A DNA stretch of 64,000 nucleotides, from positions 10,602,001 to 10,666,000 of the forward strand of contig JBHGNT010000020.1 in the NCBI GenBank assembly GCA_043228905.1, given 5' to 3'. Under the pieces are notes generated by a model, which saw only the letters and a program-made list of their open reading frames with translations, was not told where the DNA came from and did no database searches. Position 1 is the first letter of the stretch, and each line of letters begins with the position of its first letter. Both the position numbers and the translations under genes were made by a program. This document shows positions 1 to 15,100 of the stretch, one piece after another. This stretch comes from Azolla caroliniana. Lineage: Eukaryota > Plantae > Polypodiophyta.

Positions 1-199
1 GAACAAAAACCAAAGAATGAAGTCTGGATATCAGTCCAAGAATAGGTCTTGACGATGAGCGTGATATTTCTTGTATTGGTTATAGAGAGCACATGCTATA
101 ATCTTTTACGTTGGATCCACAAATGATTTTTTGTTTATAATTGAAGCACAATTTAGCTCTATAGCTATCTTAACAGCTTAATATTTCTTCGAATTTCAG

Positions 200-3100
200 C
201 ATTCTGAAAAAGCTGTCCTGGATGTTAGAGGTGCATGTCTTGCTGTTTTGTCCAAGATTGAAGAAGATCTCCTTGGACAACAAAGTGAGGAAACAGAAAT
301 CTCAACTGGAGCCCCTAACAAGCCTACAAGCCAATCCAAGTCATCAAGATCTAAGCTTGCTAGTGTTGCAGCTAAATGGAAACAGGAAAAAGAGAAAGCA
401 GCAGAAGCAAAAGAAAGTCAAGAAAGATTCACCTTTGCAATTGCAGCCGCTAAGAGAAATGAGAGGCAAAGACTTCTAAAATTCCTGCGGCTTGCTGATT
501 ACATGATTGCCCAGTGTCTTCGCATTATATTGATCAGATCATTTGTATCTCTCCTACATGACCTTTGCCACCCTTCTCTCCAAGGAACCTACTTGTATAT
601 GGATGACTCGACGACATTTGAAGTCTTGGTAAAGAAAGAGCTTCTCGGTCAGCAGGCAGATGCCTTTTCTGTAGTTGAAAGTTCTATTGATAAAAGTGGA
701 CCTACCAAGGGTGCAAACATATCTATATTTGAGGTGACAGTTGTAATACATGAGGACAAACTAAAGTTATATCCTGATGTTACTGAATTTTTGAAGCAGG
801 TAAACCCTGGCATAAAATATGGAATATTATTATGTGAACTTTTTTAGAATCTATCTTTCTATTTTCACGTTTGAAAGCCTTACAGAAACCTTTTATTTTG
901 TGGCAGATGGAAGAATTCTGGCAAACTATCCCTGATGGTTTAAGAAGGGTACGAAGGCTAGTTTCGCACAGTGGACTAAATGGAGTAGTTGACCAAATGA
1001 ACTTTGATAATGAAGCTTCTGTCTCCTATATGGAATTAATAGGAGATAAACAAGTTGGGGATATTATATCTGTTATAAAGAGCTCGATTGAGCTATGGTT
1101 TCAGGCAAGGAAGAACAATAACTGTTGGCTTCGTTTTTAGTAACAGTACTGACACTTCATTTATGTCTGATTGCATAGTCCAATGTACATGGCAGGATGC
1201 AGAATCTGCAATTAAAGAATTTCAACCCTTCTTAGATATCTATATAGAAAATCAAAGCATCTCTATCAATTGGATGCGGGCAGAGGCAAGTCTCTAACTA
1301 AATTATTGTTCTCATTTTTCTTGAAGATACCAAGTCTGTTTACTTGTTCGATGACCACTGATTACGACTTTCTTGTCAATCTCAACTAATGTGAAAGTAT
1401 GTAGGAAAGACATCAGAGTCAATACTTACTCTTAATGACCCTATATGCACTCTTGGCCATGGCAATGTGAGTGGAGATGACATAGCATTTGTGTGGGCTA
1501 TATATAATGAAGTTATGATATTCACCTATTGGTATGGCCCACTATGCAAGGTAATGGAATATGAGAACCAACAGCGCCGAGGATGTTTCTTGCAATTGCA
1601 ATTTGTCGTGCATGTAGGCCCCGGCTCATGAACCACGACCTTAGCACCCTTGTCATTGATAGATAAAGGCCATTATCTCTCGCCATCGCAGGTGCTTCCC
1701 TTGCTTCGGAGACCTCTCCATTTTGGATCGACCTATGCTAGAGATCTTTTGAAGACAAAAGTTATAATATATATAAGTTGAGAATCTCACATGTGCTGAA
1801 AACCAGATTCTTTCGTCTCTTTTTATTTTATTTACTTTTATATTTACTGAGTAATATTTATTTTATTTTGATTAATTGTTGTCAAAGACGAGACAACACT
1901 TAAGATGTAATATCTTGTTTGGTGTTAGAGGCCATTTTGGCGTTTTAAAAGACAACACTATATCTTTAATGCACGAACCAAGGATGAACAAACAACAATG
2001 TTTGACACAAACGAGGCTGTTTATGGAGAAGTTATGGCAGAAGAGGTTGGTCTAAAATGACAAGCTCAAGATATGAGTGCTATACCTATACAAATATTAC
2101 TATATGCCGATGATATTGTGTTGATTTCTGACTCTCCGGAGGGACTACAAACACATCTAAATGCCTTAAAACTACTATGTACAGACAAAGGTTTGTCAAT
2201 CAACATGGATAAAACTAAAGTGATGGTGTTTAACACCACTCAAGCATGGGTAACAAGATTAGAACCAGAATTCTTCTTGGGAGAGGAAAAGGTGGAATAC
2301 ACACGCTCCTACACATACCGAGAGTAACATTTACAGGGCCTAGGTTCTCCTTACGGGAGGTTGCTTGTGCCCGACTTTCTCGTGGATGTGCAACCCTTGG
2401 TGCTCTCAAGAGACAATGTGCACATTTGCAGTTCCAAGACCCACGAACTAAGCCATGGTTATTTGATACACTTGTCACACCAACTCTTCTCTATGGAGTA
2501 GAAACGTGGGTATCGAGTCTTAACAAGGCAAATCATTGGAAAGATTTGGAGAGACCTTTAGTGTCAATGATTGGCCGCATGATAAGGAGCAAAACATCGG
2601 TGCCCCACAATATAATCTGAGCAAAGATGGGAGCAACACCTATAATCACCGAGGCATTGTTCCGATCAGTGACATTTATCCAACGTCTTTGGGAGCTCCT
2701 TAAACGAAGGTACCCAAGGTTGGCACTTATGTCATCAAGACAACTGGCTAAAAATGGGGACATTCATTGTTGGTATGCTGAAATGTAGCAATGGTTTGAG
2801 TCACATGGCATGAGTATAGATTTTCTACCCCCGTTCCACTATAACTTGGACTGTCCCCATCTAAATATGACCAAAGTGGAAAAGAAGATAACATGGATCA
2901 GCCCCAAAATATCACTTGGTACGAAGATGGCCCACTATAAGACACTTCTTACACACATCGGAGGATGGTTTCGTTATCATGCCACCTTATATGGACATAC
3001 CTCTATCCTATGCGCTGTGCAATGTGATAGGGCAGCTGCAAACTTCATCACATCAGTTACAGATTGAGGTAGGCAGATAGATATACACGAATACCTCTAG

Positions 3101-6100
3101 AAGAAAGAATTGGCCAATTGTGTCATCAAGGAGTGGAATCCGAAGAACACTATGTTTGCCACTGTAGTGTCTATTATGAAATAAGAGGGAGATACCATTG
3201 TCTCTTTAAACAAGGGTTTGGCCCGCTACGCAAGGTAATGGAATATGAGGACCAACGGTGCCTAGGACTTTTCTTGCTAGAGCTCAAGAGAAATCGGGAA
3301 AAGTTGTTGAAGAATACAACCACACAAGCTCATACACAAAGAACAATCACAACTTTCTTTAGCCCATCACTCCTAATGCTAGAAGTCAACCCCGGGATAC
3401 ACAAATGGGCTTCAGACCAAGACATAACAAAGGGGTTACAATTGATCGGGCAATGGCAATTTGCCGTGCACGTAGCCTCGGCCCCATGGACCACGAGCTC
3501 GACACCCTTGTCATCGACAGATGAAAGCCATTATCTCCCACCATTGTAGGTGCTTCCCTCGCTTCGGAGACATTTCCATTCTGGATCGACCTATGCTAGA
3601 GATCTTCCAAAGACAAAAGCTACAATGTGTCTAACTTGAGGATCTGACATGTGCCGAAAACCAGATTCTTTGGTCTGTTTTTATCTTATTTACTTTTATA
3701 TTTACTGAGTAATATTTATTTTATTCTAATTTGTTGTTCTCAAAGATGAGACAACACTTAAGATGTAATCTCTTGTTTGGTCCTATAGGCCATTTTGGCC
3801 TCGAAAAGACGTTAATATATCTTTCTTTCTTTCTTTCTCATAGGCATTTGTTGAGAATCAAGCTCAACTTGTGTGACCATGTGCTTATGAAGAAAAGGAC
3901 GATGTGTGAAAAAGTGTGTGAGCACACTTTATTGTAATCCGTGTAGTTATTGAGTGTTAATGTGGTCAAAGAATATCTGATATTCTTATGACAAAATCGT
4001 ACTCAAGTGGATATCTTGGTTAGATTCCACCAACACATTTAATATGGCATTCCCTTGAGGACTTGTATATAAAACCCCCTTTGCCCATTTTGTTTGGTTG
4101 ATGATCTATAGTTAATTAATATAGCCCTCTTCAGTGCATAAGCTGTCATCCCCCTATTGTATATTATCTTATTCTTTTCCGGTTATTCTGTCTGATTTCT
4201 TCTCTTGCTTATACGTTTTTTGCGACTAATCCATGAATTTGGGATCATATAGGTCAAGGAAGGAAGATGGGATATTGCTCAATTCCGGAAACAGCTTGAC
4301 TCATTCCTTCAACAAATTCAAGATATTAATGGGTTGCCAAATTCTAGAGATGAGGTAAGGATTACACACTTCCAATATAAGATGTGATATATTCTTTAGC
4401 TGACAATCTAAGCTTGATAATAAACTGACTAGATGGAAAAAATAGAAAGGATGCTGATGCCTATGCCCATGAGGTTATTGTATCCATAAAGGAGTAAAGT
4501 GATAAAATCCCATCTAAATCTCACGTAGAGCTATAACTAAAAGAGCTACAAAATAAGCATTAGAAATATTGCTTGTGATTGACGACCTTAATAATGAAAA
4601 ATGTTCAGTGCCTAGAATGTAATATACAAGAGGTTAGATACAAAAACCGGGTTGGATACAATTTTGACACATGATTTTGCAGTTGTCTTGTGATAAGACT
4701 TTGATTCTTCTTCTTTAATGTGAAAGCTGGGAAACATTGCGTTATGTCTTTGCTTCTGAGTGGTCTCCAAACCCCCATTTCTCATCCAATGCATGCACAA
4801 ATATCCAACCACAATGATTCACAGAATAACAAATATTCAAAATACCTTTCTATAAGGTAGGTGTGAAGTACAAACATATTGATTACATCTATAACATCTC
4901 TAACTCGATATGTGTCACTTTGCAAGTGAATTTGAGAGGTCTAGAGCTCCAACAAGTCATCACCATAAAATAACATTACGCGTGATCTGTTGAAAGACCT
5001 CAACATATGGTGAAAACCTACAAAGATAATTATAATTGGCTAATCAAGAGTTTATGGCATGAGAACAACAAGAGTAAAAATTCTCCCAAAGAAAACCTTC
5101 CACCAGTAATAGATTTGTATGTGCTTATGAATTTATAGTGCATTGACAAATAAATTGGACACAGATATACACCTAGAGATGTGTTTACCTTCAAAAATGC
5201 ACATGAAGCTATTTGCAGTATTTTTTTCATTGATTCAACGATTCAGCCATTCGTGATATTTTTTGCATAGGCAAGAATATTGGTTCTATATTGCCATTTA
5301 TTTCTCATAACATTGTTGACAGTCAAGAACGTTTGGTTTTTGCACAGTAACATGGCCTATGCATTCTTTTGTAGCTTCTTTGTACCAAGAAATGAAAATT
5401 CTGTCCTTTGATTCTTGCACATAGACATGTCCTTTGCTATCTTTTACAGCTTCTTTGTACCAAGAAATGAAATTTCTGTTCCTTGCTGCTTACACAGAGA
5501 CATGGCTTTGCATTCTTTTGTAGCTTCTTTGTACCAAAAAATGAAATTTCTGTTCCTTGATGCTTACACAGAGACATGGCTTTGCATTCTTTTGTAGCTT
5601 CTTTGTACCAAAAAATGAAATTTCTGTTCCTCGATGCTTACACAGAGACATGGATTTGCATTCTTTTGTAGCAGCTCTGTACCAAGAAATGAAATTTCTC
5701 TGGATGTTTTTTCCACATACAGGAGGATATGTTGTCCTTGCACATGAATTTAAAGTTGAAGTAGATAATAAGAGCTTTCCTGCTATCAATGAGATTCATA
5801 AGTCAGATTATTGATTTACATGAACAATTTACCTTTACAGGGAGTTTTGCACATCAACAACAAGAAACTGAAAGAGAGTCTTTTACCCTCACCCCAAAGA
5901 TGTTTGCAAGCTATATTTACTTTGATTCCAGAACTTGTGTCACAATATTATCAGGTAATATGCATGGACCATGATATCTAGTTACAAATGCAATTCTTTC
6001 TATATTTCAGACAATAAATATACTTCAGAGACATATACCTATGGCTTGGCCTTCAAATACAATACAATTTGAAAATGGTGTATGAGATGTCATAAAGTAA

Positions 6101-9100
6101 CACGTCGGTAGAGTTCATATTGTGAGAGCATTGGAGATCTGGCCACGTGAAGATCACATCATTCACTGCAGTATCATTAAATCCACAGCTAATCACATTT
6201 GAAATTACAGATCTAGTTGTAGGTTTGACTTGCAATTTGAAGGGTAGGGGGGTTTCTTGTGAACGTTCAAAGAAGGGTACATTCAAAGAAGTTCAGGAAG
6301 AAAGGAAGATTATGCTGTAAAAGCATGGTTGAAGGTTGGTATAATAAGATGTTAGGCGATATGCTAGCTTATGGTTCAGTGACTGTAGGTCTACCCCTAT
6401 TAAGCTAAGTGGTACATACATACATTAATTGATAGGGAAAGAATTTAATATGGGCAGATTGGAAGTATCTCATAATTTTTATAGAAGAACTTCTAGATTT
6501 CTCTAATTCCATTCTTTTGGTCTCAATATGGATAGTAATAGCAACGCCATGAATTGGCATTTTTCCTGGGAAAAGTGATACATTCTATAGGTGTTCATAT
6601 AGAAAATGTCTCTATTTTCGGTTTTGTAAGGCATGACAATCTGGTGTCTGGAATAGATAAATAAATAGTTTCTTGAAAAACCACTAATTTTCTGTTTGAA
6701 ATATGCTTTCAGACATTTATTACTAAAATACATTCTGCAACAAAAAAGTTACTTACCAAGCCATCAAGTGTTGAAGAGTTTGTGGAGATTGCCAACTTTC
6801 TCCAGGTACGGATTATTGATTTTGCTTTAATTGTTGAAAAGTATAATGTTTGCAAGCTTTTCTATAGAGTAAAGTGATAGTCCAATTGTTTTGGCATGGA
6901 GAGTGGGAAGAGATGAAACTATGCCTAAGTCAATTATTGGGCTGACTTGGCCTGGCCTGATGTCGTATAGTTTCTCGTGTAGCAACCTGACCGCCAACAG
7001 GCAATGTGCCAGTTTGTGGAATAAGGCATTGGAGCCCCGTTGTGTGATAAGTTGTGCCGCCCATGAATATTTTCCATATTCTGCGTCAGGGAGGTTGCAG
7101 CTCTGTGCTACACTGCAATCACATTCAATTATTTGATGGGGTGTACATCCTTCTACTCCAGATATAACGAAATTCAGACCTATTGGCTTGAGAACAGATC
7201 ACGCACATCAATGCTTAAGGGTAAAGGATGGATGCCAAAAGGTGTATATGCTAAGAATCTGACTGGGCATGCTAAATACAATGTATTTGAGAGACAATTG
7301 ATTTGGATCCCATCGCATCCTTAGGGGAAATCACACAAGGGTTGTCAAAGTCATTGCATTATTCAGGCATACATGCCTTCCTCCACACTACTGTTGGAAA
7401 TGCATACTTATGTGCTAGAGCCACACAAAATAATTGGCATGATGTAGAGTATTGTGATTCGAGGGGACACTTGCAATGAGAAGTGACTCAGGGAATTTCG
7501 ACACATAAACATCAAGACAAACCTTCTAATGTCTTGAAGAAGAAGAGATCATATTCAGCTCAATTTGAAGTGGAGGTGAGATCATATTTGGCACAAGTGA
7601 TCTCACCACTAATGTGGCATGAATATGAAAATGTACACCGACTTCCTTCGACTACACCTCCCTCACCACATGGGTCACACTCATGTGACCCAAAAGGTGA
7701 GAAATGACTTGCTTGGTCACAATTTGGAAAGTGTTGTTGTCAAAGACGAGACAACACTTAAAATGTAATATATTGTTTAGTCTTATAGGCCATTTTGGCC
7801 TCTTAAAAGACGTCAATATATATTTTGGTCTAAATGATTTGCCATCTCTTCACGGGCTAGTTGAGAAATTCCTGGAACCTATATCGCTCCCTCTACCATC
7901 AGCATCTCATACACTGTACCTGCTGTCGTAAGACACCATGGAGTCTGAATGCACAGAAAATAAAAAGATGGATCTTAACACGCATGAAGAGGGTCCAGAT
8001 CCATGGAAGACCCCAAGAAGATACCATAGATGAAAAGGACAGGATGGAAGCACCCCGAATAGCGTTAGGAGGGCGCACAAGGCACCCAGTATGCAGGCCC
8101 CATTCGACATTCCATTTGATGTCAAAAATGGGAAATATGATCTATTACGCCATTTGATTGTGCAAGAGATCAATCTTATTAAAGAGGATATAGAAATAGC
8201 ACTAAAAGAAGAAATGAAAAAGGAGATAGAAAGAAGAAAGAAAGATATATTAATGTCTTTTAAGAGGCCAAAATGGCCTATAAGACCAAATAATAGATTA
8301 CATCTTAAGTGTTGTCTTGTCTTGGAGAACAAATCAAAATAAAATAAATATTACACAGTAAATATAAAAGTAAATAACATGAAAAGAATAGAAATGAGGC
8401 AATCTGGTTTTCGGCACATGTTAGATCCTCAAGTTAGACACATTGTAGCTTTTGTCTTTGGAAGATCTCTAGCATAGGTCGATCTAGAATGGAAATGTCT
8501 CCGAAGCGAGGGAAGCACCTACGATGGCGGGAGATAATGGCTTTCATCTGTCGATGACAAGGGTGTCGAGCTCGTGGTCCATGGGGCCGAGGCTACGTGC
8601 ACGGCAAATTGCCATTGCCCGATCAATTGTAACCCCTTTGTTATGTCTTGGTCTGAAGCCCATTTGTGTATCTCGGGGTTGACTTCTAGCATTAGGAGTG
8701 ATGGGCTAAAGAAAGTTGTGATTGTTCTTTGTGGATGAGCTTGTGTGGCTGTATTCTTCAACAACTTTTCCCGATGTCTCTTGAGCTTTAGCAAGAAAAG
8801 TCCTAGGCATCGTTGGTCCTCATATTCCATTACCTTGCATAGTGGACCAAAGCCTTGTTTAAAGAGGCAGTGGTATCTCCCTCTGATTTCATAAAAGACA
8901 CTACAATGACAAACATAGTGTTCTTCAGATTCCACTCCTTGATGACACAATTGGCAAATTCTCTCTTCTAGAGGTAGTCGTGTATATCTGCCTACCTCAA
9001 TCTGTAGCTGATGTGATGAAGTTCGCAGCTGCCCTATCACACTACGCAACGCATAGGATAGTGTACGTCCAGATAGGGTGGCCTGATGACAAATCCATCG

Positions 9101-12100
9101 TTCGATGTATGTAAGAAGTGTGTCTTATAGTGGGCCATCTTTGTACCAAGTGGTATTTTGGGGCTGATCCATGTTATCTTGTTTTCCAAGTTAATAATAT
9201 CAGTTCGGATCACTCTATTCTTTTCCACTTTGGTCATATTTAGATGGGGACAATCCAAGCTATATTGGAACGGGGGTAGTGCATTTATACTCATGCCATG
9301 TGACTCGAACCATTGCTGCATTTCAGCATATCAACAATGAGTGTCTCCATTTTCAGCCAGTTGTTTTGATGACATAAGTGCCAACCTTGGGTACCTTCGT
9401 TTAGGGAGCTCCCAAAGACGTTGCATAAATGTCACTGATCGGAACAACGCCTCGGTTATTATAGGTGCTGCTCCCATCTGTTTTTATCTTATTTACTTTT
9501 ATATTTACCGAGTAAAATTTATTTTATTTTGATTTCTTGTTCTCAAAGACAAGACACCACTTAAGATGTAATCTGTTGTTTGGTCTTGTAGGCCATTTTG
9601 GCCTCGTAAAAGATGTTAATACATCTTTGTTTCTTTATTTCTTTCCTACTAGCTGGACTCAACTTACTATTTTACTCATCTTCAAGAGCAAGCGAGAGAC
9701 AGATGCCATTCAGCTGGGCAGTAAGGTTTCTAAAAGAGTCTGGGTGTCATACCGACCCTTGACGCCTTTATCAAGGAAATAAGAGCCCATAAAAGGAGAA
9801 TCTATTGTTGCTTTGTGGATTGTCGAAGAGTGTTCGTTGTTGTACCACATGCTTGGCTCATGCAATGATAGAAACTCTTGGTGTTCCTGATAGATATGCA
9901 ATGGGGAATCTATGGACCATAGAAATCAGTGGGAGAAAAACTGCGTTCTCCTAATGGTTTTTTGGAGATAACCATTCTGATTTTACTATATGCTGATGAT
10001 ATTTTATTGATCTCTGACTCCTTGGATGCCTTAAACTCATTTGTATAGACAAAGATTTTACTATATGCTTATGGTATTGTATTGATCTATAATGACATCT
10101 GGATGCCTTCAACTCATGTGTATTGATAAAGATTTTTTGGTTAACCTTGGCAAAACTAAAGTGGTGGTGTGGAATACCATGTAAGCATGGATAACGGAAT
10201 CAGAACGAGTTTCTTCTTGGGAGAAGAAAAGTTGGCATACACAGGATTCTATAGAGTCCTAAGAGGTCCTCTTCCCCATGGTATAATTTGGGCAGAGATG
10301 GGGACAAGTGAAACCTCTATGCTCTGATGTGTGCAAATTATGACCTTTCTTTTGTTATAATGGTACTAGAACAAATTAATTGCCTCCTTGAATTCAAGGT
10401 TTAACTTGATTACAAACAGGTTATGCAAGATAAGATGGATGTCTTTGAAGAGCAATTTCTTGCAATCAAAGATTACATATGCTTAATGCAAGAATACCAG
10501 ATCCCTGTTCCGGAGATTGAATCTACATCATACCAGATGATGAGCTCTGATTTCAATAGTTGCAAAGAAGCTATGGTAACTGCAGAAGAAAGTAAAGTTG
10601 AGAACGTTAAACTATTTACTGCTGACTTGATGCAGCAATTAGAAGAAGTAAAGAGCGAGGTATCATCCATACGGCAGCGAGCACATCATGACATGATTTT
10701 GGATGAAAGTAAGTTTATATAATATGATAATACCAAAAAATAGGAAGTAGGAATTTATGTTGTTTGAAAGCTACAGGTTTTATGCATTAGCACTAACACT
10801 AGATTTTGGTAATTCAAAAGATTCGGATATGCAAGAGGTTCTCAATTATGTTAAAAGTCTGTCTACGGACATTGAAGCTCAGAAAAGTCATTTTCAACGT
10901 ATCCTACAATATCAACAAGTTTTCCAGGTCAGATTTGCACCTAAAATTTCAGTGAAATGTTTCAATTGGAAGTTAAACATCTATAGTCATTGGCTTCAAT
11001 AGGGCCAAGACTAATCCATGGAAGTACTTGAAAAATTGAACATCTGCATGAAGTTCTACACATGTTAGAAATCGTATGTTCAAAATTTTAAACTTCTTAG
11101 GTCAACAACTTTCATGCTCATGAACACAAATTAATCACTGATATTGCTATACATTCATAAAAGATATTTTATGAATTCCATCATCACAACACGGGTTTCC
11201 TATTATGTGCCAATGTTCTAAACAGAAAGACAGAAATGAGATTAATATATAAATGCCTATAATGAGTTATATCTTTTTAGATGGTCATCTGGTTGGATAT
11301 TTTGTTATCTGAACGCTTTATATAGGATTTGTTTTTCATAATTGGTGTACAAAATTACCATGCTGTACTAAATTTCGTATTAGTTTATAAACATGGATAA
11401 AACTAAAGTAATAGTGTTTAACACCAGTCAAGCATGGGTAAAAAGATCAGAACCAGAATTTTTCTTGGGAGAGGAAAAGGTGGCATACACATGCTCCTGC
11501 ACTTATCTAGGAGTAACATTTGCATGGCTGGCTGCGGTTCTCCTTATGGGAGGCTGCTTGTGCCTGACTTTCTCATGGATATGCAGCCCTTGGTGTTTTT
11601 GAAAGACAATGTGCACATTTGCAGTTTTGAGAGCTATGAACAAAATTGTTGCTATTTGATACTTGTCATACCACCTTTCTCTATGGAGTAGAAACTTGGG
11701 GATCGAGTCTTAACAAGGCAAATAACTAGAAAGATTTAGAGAGGCCTTTAGTCTAAACAATTGCTCGCATGATAAGGAGCAAAGCATCGTGCCCCATGAC
11801 ATAATCCGGGCAGAGATGGGAACAGCCCCTATAATCATTGAGACATTATTCTGATCAATGACCCATATCCGACGGCTTTGGGAGCTCCTTAAATGAAGGT
11901 ACTCAAAGTTGGCACTTACGCCATCAAAACAACTTGATAAACATGGAGACATTCCTTGTTGGTATGCAGAAATGCAATAATGATTCAAGTCACATGACAT
12001 AAGGGTAAATGCACTACCCTCGTTTGAATATGGCTTGGATTGTCCCCATCTAAACATGACATAATCCGGGCAGAGATGGGATCAGCCTCTATAATCATTG

Positions 12101-15100
12101 AGACATTATTCTGATCAATGACCCATGTCCGTTGGCTTTGGGAGCTCCTTAAATGAAGGTACTCAAGTTTGTCACGTATGTCATCAAAACAACTTGATAA
12201 ACATGGAGACATTCCTTGTTGGTATGTGGAAATGCAATAATGGTTCAAGTCACACGGCATAAGCGTAAATGCACTACCCTTGTTCGAATATAGCTTGGAT
12301 TGTCCCCATGTAAACATGACCATAGTGGAAAAGAATAGAATGATCCAAACTGATATTATTAACTTGGAAAACAAGATAACATGGATCAACCCCAAAATAT
12401 CACTTGGTAGGAAGATGACCCACTGTAAGACTCTTTTTACATACATCAAAGGATGGATTTATCATCAGGCCATCTTATATGGACATACTTCTATCCTATG
12501 CACTGTGCAGTGTGATATGGCAGTTGTGAACTTCATTACATCAGTTAGAGATTGAGGTAGACAAATATACACGAATACCTCTAGAAGAAAGAATTTTGCC
12601 AATTATGTTATCAGGGATTGGAATTTGAAGAACACTATACGTGTCACTGTAGTGTTTTTTATGAAATTAGAAGGAGATACCGTCACATCTTTAAACAAGG
12701 CTTTGGCCCATTATGCTAGTTAATGGAATATGAGAATCAATGGTAGTTGAGACTTTTCTTGTTAGAACTCAAGAAAGAAAGAAAGAAAGAAAGAAAGATA
12801 TATTAACGTCTTTTAAGAGGCCAAAATGGCCTATAAGACCAAATAAGAGAGACAGAGAAAGTTATTGAAGGACAACAATACAACCACATAAGCTCATCAA
12901 CAAGAACAATCACAACTTTCTTTAGAGCCATCACTCCAACTCATTCTAGTAGTCGATCAAGGGGGAGACAAATGGCCTCTCAACCAGGATATAACATACA
13001 ATAGATTGGGCAATAGCAATTTGCTGTGCACGTAGGCCCCTGCCCCATAGACCATGATCTCACCACCCTGGTCATCGACAGTTAAAGGTCATTATCTCCC
13101 ATTGTCGCAGGTGCTTCCCTTGCTTCGGAGATCTCTCCATTTTGGATAGACCTTTGGTAGAGATGTTTCGAAGACAAAAATTACAATATATCTGACTTGA
13201 GGATCTTAAATGTACCAATAACAAGATTCTTTAGTCTCTTTTTATCTTATTTACTTATTTCCTTAACATATATCTTTCTTTCTTTCTAACATTTATTTAT
13301 TTTGATTTGTTGTTCTCAAAGACGAGACAACACTTAAGATGGATCTCTTGTTTGGTCTTATAGGACATCTTGGCCTCTTAAAAGACGTTAATATATCTTT
13401 CTATCTATCTTTCTACGATATACAATATTCAAAGTATTTCCATTACTTCGCAGATGGAAGAGGCACAATATGATGAGTTGCAGGAGGTCTATGATGAGGT
13501 TGAAATGAAAAAGGCACTCTGGTGTGCTTTGGAGGATTTTGGTAACAAAAGGCTTTCTTGGATTGACACACACTTTGAGAAACTTGGAGTCGAAGATGTA
13601 GAAGAAGTTGTCCAAAGGTCTGGTTTTATATGAGCTATATTTTTTCTTGTTGCAAACATGCCAAAAACAGGTTCATTAAAATATTAAGTAAAGTCTTAAA
13701 AACATTTCTTTGTATTTGAGTTTCGAATATCATCTGCCTGGAATTATTGTGTACCAAAACTCTCTGTTAGTGAGGAAGGTAGTTCCATGAAAAGAGAATC
13801 TAGTATTTTTGGATTTCTGAAAAACCTTTGCATTGTCCTGCTGTGATGTCATGCAGAATCTATGCACTATATGAATCAGTGTTAGCGAACATGCATGATC
13901 CTAATCGGTTGCTAGAGGACTGTGGTGTGCATATGATCCTACCCATAGCTTGGAGTAACATTCAGAAGGCCGTGGCTCTCTGTATGGGAGACTGACTGTG
14001 CTCGACTTGGTTGTGAATATGCAGCCCATGGGGCCCTTGAAAGTCAATCTGCACCTATACAGTTTGAAAAACCAGAAACAAAATTGTGGTTTTCTGATAC
14101 ACTTGTAACTCTGACTCTTTTCTAAGGGTGGAAACTTTGGGACATAGTCTTCATGTGGCATAGATTGGATTTCCTACACTTGGAGATGACCATGATGGAG
14201 AAGAATAGAATTATCCAAATTGATGCAATTAAATTGGATAACAAAAGAAAGTGGTACAACACTATAATGTCTCTTGGAAGGAAGATGGCCCACTATAGGC
14301 CCCTCTTTTTACACTTGTAGAAAGATGGATTTATTGTCAAGGCCTATTATAATGATACTTGTCTATCTTATGCACTGCATAGTGTCACAGGACAGCTCAA
14401 GCCCTATACATATTAGTTAGAGATTGTGGTGGGCAATTATGCACATAGTATATGGAACGGATCTCTAAGCACATCATCCAAAATGAGCTACAATATATCA
14501 GACAACAGCAGTTCATCAATAGTTAAAGGCCATGATCTTCATCATCAACAGTTAAAGGCCCCATACACACTAGTTAGAGATTAAGATGTGCAGATATGGA
14601 TGTGGGTACATGGAACCGATTGCTAAGCACCTCATCCAAAAGGGGCTTACAATAGATCAGGCAACATTCAGTTTGTCATGTGCACAAACCATGCACATCT
14701 GGACTATGGCCATGACCTTCACCATCAACAGTTAAAGGCCATAATCTCCTGAATGTGCTTCATTTAGAGATATCTTCATCTTGAATTGGTCTATACTGGA
14801 GATATTCGAAATGCAGAAGTTTTAGTCCATCTAAGGTTAGGATGTTAAGTGCTTAGATAATGAGGTTCCGAGGTACATTAGGAAACTTTACTAGTTTAGA
14901 TACATTTATTTTGGTTTGTTTTTGTCAAAGTTGAGACAACATTCTCTTATTCGTCTCTGGGACATTTTGGCCTCTCAAAAGATGTTAATGCATCTTTCTT
15001 TCTCTTTTCTTTCTATGCAAAATATACGTCATGAAAATGCTGCACATCAAAACTTTGTGGTCAGATTACAAAAATAGGTGGTGCTTAATCAAGTGGTGAA

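Noticed and set aside
3118-3549. Near-identical ORF pair 3118-3549(+) and 8519-9049(-) as a duplicated host gene
   Set aside because: Both are the C-terminal Zn-finger region of the same LINE family, embedded in 5'-truncated copies.
5723-5800. Candidate dynein exon ([14 protein letters not shown]...)
   Set aside because: Its phase is incompatible with the phase-0 donor at 4354. Exon 5841-5954 ([22 protein letters not shown]) fits both phase and dynein sequence.
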